IMG/VR virus record: IMGVR_UViG_3300027899_000001
Location: 1-64,000 of that record
Strand: one strand, 5' to 3'
DNA length: 64,000 nt
The notes under the pieces: model-generated
Databases searched by the model: none
Seen by the model: the letters and a program-made list of their open reading frames with translations, nothing else
Told to the model about the DNA's origin: nothing
Translations under genes and position numbers: made by a program
Shown: piece after piece, positions 61,404-64,000 of the stretch
Position numbering within the stretch: position 1 is the stretch's first letter
Layout: each line of letters begins with the position of its first letter

Positions 61404-62234
61404 TTAATATTTTATTCCATCATCAAAATAAGGTCTATATTGATCTAAATAATTTTGTCCACTAGTATCAAGAATATAATTACCCGCTGAGTTTTTTCTT
61501 GTTTTGCCATTAATTAATCCATATGCAAATGCGCCAGAATAATATCCTCTATTAAGATTTTTATCAAATTTTCCCCTTCCGCTAGACATTTCATATGCAA
61601 ATTTTATTATATCTGTGTATCTTCTGCCTTCAAGCCCAGCTTCTTCAATAAATTCTAATATTTTCCAGATTTTATATCCTCTTGAAAAGGTTTTATCTCC
61701 CCATGATTTTTTTCCTGTAAGATGTGTTTTTCTTTGTTCTATAGGGCCCAACTCTTTATATCTTTTTCTACTTTCTTTTTTCTGTTCATAATCCCAATCA
61801 TGTATAGTTACTTTACCACCAACTTTGCAAATATTTCTTAATTTTTCTTCTGATGGTCTTATACCATTTTTAATAAAAACTAAATCACCCGTTACTTCTT
61901 TAGGAAAACCATGTAGAGATTTGAAGTTTTTTGAATTTGTAATAGAAAAATCTCCATTTATTTTATTAAATTCAATGAATTCAGGAAAATTATCAAATAG
62001 AAAAAATTGTATAGAACAATTATCAACATTTAATGTTCCATCTAAATTTATTGTTACATAATTCATTACGTCGAAATCATCAAAACCACTACGATCATTG
62101 GGTTTAAAATATTTATGTAAACCTGAGTTAATTTGATTTAGCCATTTTTTAATTTTTTGAGCTAAACCAATTCCCATATCCCATACAGGATCTGAATTTT
62201 CTACAAATTTTTCAAATACATATTGAGCTTTCAT
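61404..62234 (-). CDS. Shared-leader protein with LRR-like and wHTH-like domains
   Basis: MKAQYVFEKFVENSDPVWDMGIG; middle similar to 49210-49860, end similar to 60497-60913. Confidence 0.75.
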   Translation of the reverse strand: MKAQYVFEKFVENSDPVWDMGIGLAQKIKKWLNQINSGLHKYFKPNDRSGFDDFDVMNYVTINLDGTLNVDNCSIQFFLFDNFPEFIEFNKINGDFSITNSKNFKSLHGFPKEVTGDLVFIKNGIRPSEEKLRNICKVGGKVTIHDWDYEQKKESRKRYKELGPIEQRKTHLTGKKSWGDKTFSRGYKIWKILEFIEEAGLEGRRYTDIIKFAYEMSSGRGKFDKNLNRGYYSGAFAYGLINGKTRKNSAGNYILDTSGQNYLDQYRPYFDDGIKY

Positions 62235-62284
62235 AGAATGAATTACTTTTATTTATATATTCTTTATGTCTAAATTGAATTGAC

Positions 62285-62310
62285 AAAAAACCCCCACTGA
62301 GGCTGGGGGT
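62285..62310 (-). terminator. Terminator of the tmRNA transcript
   Basis: Minus strand ACCCCCA-GCCTCAG-TGGGGGT followed by TTTTT. Confidence 0.85.
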
Positions 62311-62434
62311 AAATCTCCTACCAACGAGTGCTTCTTAAGCAGCCATTTGTAATGCGTAACTATTTTCGCCGTTTACTTGCGTGTTGAGACATTCATTATT
62401 TCCCTTAGTATACAATCTAAACCAAATCATCCCC
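62311..62434 (-). ncRNA. ssrA: tmRNA coding piece (5' acceptor strand, P2 strand and tag ORF GENSYALQMAA*) of a permuted ssrA
   Basis: Starts GGGGATG-ATTTGGTTTAGA-TTGTATAC; tag ORF 62370-62335 follows GCAAGTAAAC; stop codon lies in hairpin TGCTT-AAG-AAGCA. Confidence 0.88.
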
Positions 62435-62466
62435 ATTAAAAGCAATATCTCTTTTATAAAGATTTG

Positions 62467-62545
62467 TGGAGATGGTGGGATCCGACCCCACGTCTTGCAT
62501 ACCTACTCTATAACTAGCTCTTGCGAGCATTCTCAATATCTTAAA
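62467..62545 (-). ncRNA. ssrA: tmRNA acceptor piece (P2 strand, GAC, T arm, 3' acceptor strand), upstream of the coding piece; 5' boundary approximate
   Basis: GTATGCAA-GAC-GTGGG-GTCGGAT-CCCAC-CATCTCC-A; forms a 7-bp acceptor stem with G3:U70 and an 8-bp P2 with the coding piece. Confidence 0.88.
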
Positions 62546-62548
62546 GAA

Positions 62549-62556
62549 CAAATATA
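62549..62556 (-). promoter_or_regulatory. Bacteroidota-type -7 promoter box TAnnTTTG (TATATTTG)
   Basis: Exact match to the consensus immediately upstream of the tmRNA acceptor piece; the -33 box is not clear. Confidence 0.55.
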
Positions 62557-62600
62557 ATACAAAATCTTACAATTTGTATCATATCTTTGTTAATTATTTG

Positions 62601-62951
62601 TTAAACTTTAGCTTTTGTTGCTCTTTTTCTTGGAGCTGTAACAGGTTTAACAGTTTCAACTGGTTGTGTTGGAGGTGCTGGAGGTGCTGGAGGATTAACT
62701 ACTTGAGGATCTTCAGTAGGCGTATTAAATAATTTATTAAGACCAAAAAATCTCCAAAGTACATAATAAATAACAAATATTGCTAACCAAATTCCTAATA
62801 CTCCATGAAGTAATCCTTTAGTAGCTACAAATGCAAAAAATAATATTAATATATTAACATATTGTACCCAATATTTTTTAAATTCCGGCAATGCTGTATT
62901 TATTGCCCATCCTTTTAATACTTCCCATAATTTTGTTAAAAAGTTTTTCAT
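62601..62951 (-). CDS. Two-TM membrane protein with Pro/Lys-rich tail (holin-like architecture possible)
   Basis: Two hydrophobic helices and a basic C-terminus. Confidence 0.55.
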   Translation of the reverse strand: MKNFLTKLWEVLKGWAINTALPEFKKYWVQYVNILILFFAFVATKGLLHGVLGIWLAIFVIYYVLWRFFGLNKLFNTPTEDPQVVNPPAPPAPPTQPVETVKPVTAPRKRATKAKV

Positions 62952-62973
62952 AGTTTTAAGTTTATTTTAAAGA

Positions 62974-63069
62974 TTATTTTTCTGATACTTTATCCCATAT
63001 AATAACTGCTAATAGGATAACTATTATACCCCCTAAGATAATAATAGTTTTTAAAAATGTTGTGTCCAT
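62974..63069 (-). CDS. 31-aa single-TM peptide
   Basis: Translated manually: MDTTFLKTIIILGGIIVILLAVIIWDKVSEK; fills the gap between the portal and the next gene. Confidence 0.5.
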   Translation of the reverse strand: MDTTFLKTIIILGGIIVILLAVIIWDKVSEK

Positions 63070-63086
63070 GCTATTAAATTTTAATT

Positions 63087-64000
63087 TTAAATTCCTAATG
63101 TTGTTCCACCGGCTTCAGGTGCTGTTTCTGTTCCTCCTGTTTCAGTGCCAGGTTCAGTAGGAGCGCCAAGGCCAAGATCTTCTCCCCCGCCACCCATACC
63201 TAAACCGCCGCCAAGATCCATTCCTCCGCCCATTCCACCAGTTGAAGTTCCAGGAACTCCTCCTTCTTCGCCTTGAGCTGCATTAATACGTTTAACATTT
63301 TGAGCAATACGAGTAAGTTGTTCTCTTCTTTCTTTCTTATATCTTTCATTTAATTTCATATCTTCTTCAGTAAAATCCATATATTTTTCAACTAAAAATT
63401 TTGGATCAAAATACATTCCATCTACTGTTATATTTCCTTCAGCATCAACTTCTTGTTGTTTAATATTCATTAATTCACCAACTATACCAGATCCTTGTCT
63501 AGCTATGTCTCTTTTCTTAGCCTCAGTAAATAAGTTTTCTTCAATGAATTCAAGACCAATAGCACCTTTTAATGCTTTATCTTTTGCAAACTCTGGATGT
63601 TTTAAACAAAATTGAATCCAAGTAGGTTTTAATAATATATCTTGAAGTATAGAACGAATACGATTAATAAAATAATTAAATCTTATTTCTTCTCTTGCAA
63701 TGCTTTCTCCGCCAGTTGTCCAATTAGAACCGCCAGATGCACCTTCTTCTCCACTACTTGAAAATCTATCTTTTGGAATTTTTGTTTCAATAATAAATCT
63801 TTTCCAAAAATAATCAAGAGCCATTGTTCCTGTTAAATCAAATCCCTGAGGAGCAAAAGAATCCACTTCAACTTGTCCACCACCTTCTTTTGATGGAAAG
63901 ATATATTGTTTTGCAAATGAAAAATTTGGAGTTCCATTAATTGTTACTTCACCACTGTGATAATCTATTGTAACATCTTCTTTATACATTGCACGTAATT
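63087..64000 (-). CDS. Portal protein (T4 gp20-like), C-terminal part; runs off the window
   Basis: QYIFPSKEGGGQVEV..., DYFWKRF...KIP.DR and REEIRFNYFINRIR align with gp20 motifs; the frame is open to the window edge. Confidence 0.85.
   Translation of the reverse strand, partial: LRAMYKEDVTIDYHSGEVTINGTPNFSFAKQYIFPSKEGGGQVEVDSFAPQGFDLTGTMALDYFWKRFIIETKIPKDRFSSSGEEGASGGSNWTTGGESIAREEIRFNYFINRIRSILQDILLKPTWIQFCLKHPEFAKDKALKGAIGLEFIEENLFTEAKKRDIARQGSGIVGELMNIKQQEVDAEGNITVDGMYFDPKFLVEKYMDFTEEDMKLNERYKKERREQLTRIAQNVKRINAAQGEEGGVPGTSTGGMGGGMDLGGGLGMGGGGEDLGLGAPTEPGTETGGTETAPEAGGTTLGI

Noticed and set aside
62467-62502. Isolated tRNA-Ala or tRNA pseudogene
   Set aside because: There is no anticodon arm; the matching 5' strand lies downstream and leads into a tag ORF, which fits a permuted tmRNA.
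1-64000. Stop-codon reassignment as seen in some Bacteroidota phages
   Set aside because: Genes are intact and densely packed under the standard code, and TAG terminates genes cleanly at 10296 and 38759.

Overview
AT-rich 64-kb segment of a large T4-like contractile-tailed dsDNA phage (jumbo/huge-phage type). The host is probably Bacteroidota, judged from the tmRNA tag, a TAnnTTTG promoter box, mostly absent Shine-Dalgarno sequences and Bacteroidales-style FN3 repeats. The + strand half (1-44.4 kb) holds four Gly-X-Gln collagen-like genes (three ending in a Peptidase_S74 chaperone), glycan-modifying enzymes, a 5523-aa beta-helix/FN3/LamG mosaic protein, neck, terminase, tail sheath, tail tube, tail chaperones, a tape-measure-like gene and thyA. 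The - strand half (44.4-64 kb) holds a MoxR/VWA pair, a GH24 lysozyme, a PD-(D/E)XK nuclease, a sigma factor, tmk and the 3' end of a gp20-like portal. Four related HNH endonuclease genes and six genes sharing one N-terminal leader are scattered across the window. The most notable finding is a very compact, circularly permuted (two-piece) tmRNA gene at about 62.3-62.55 kb with a Bacteroidota-type tag. Also notable are a covarying structured element upstream of two HNH genes, two candidate programmed frameshifts and a D-x-S bias in virion proteins. All assignments come from manual motif recognition; no database searches were run.
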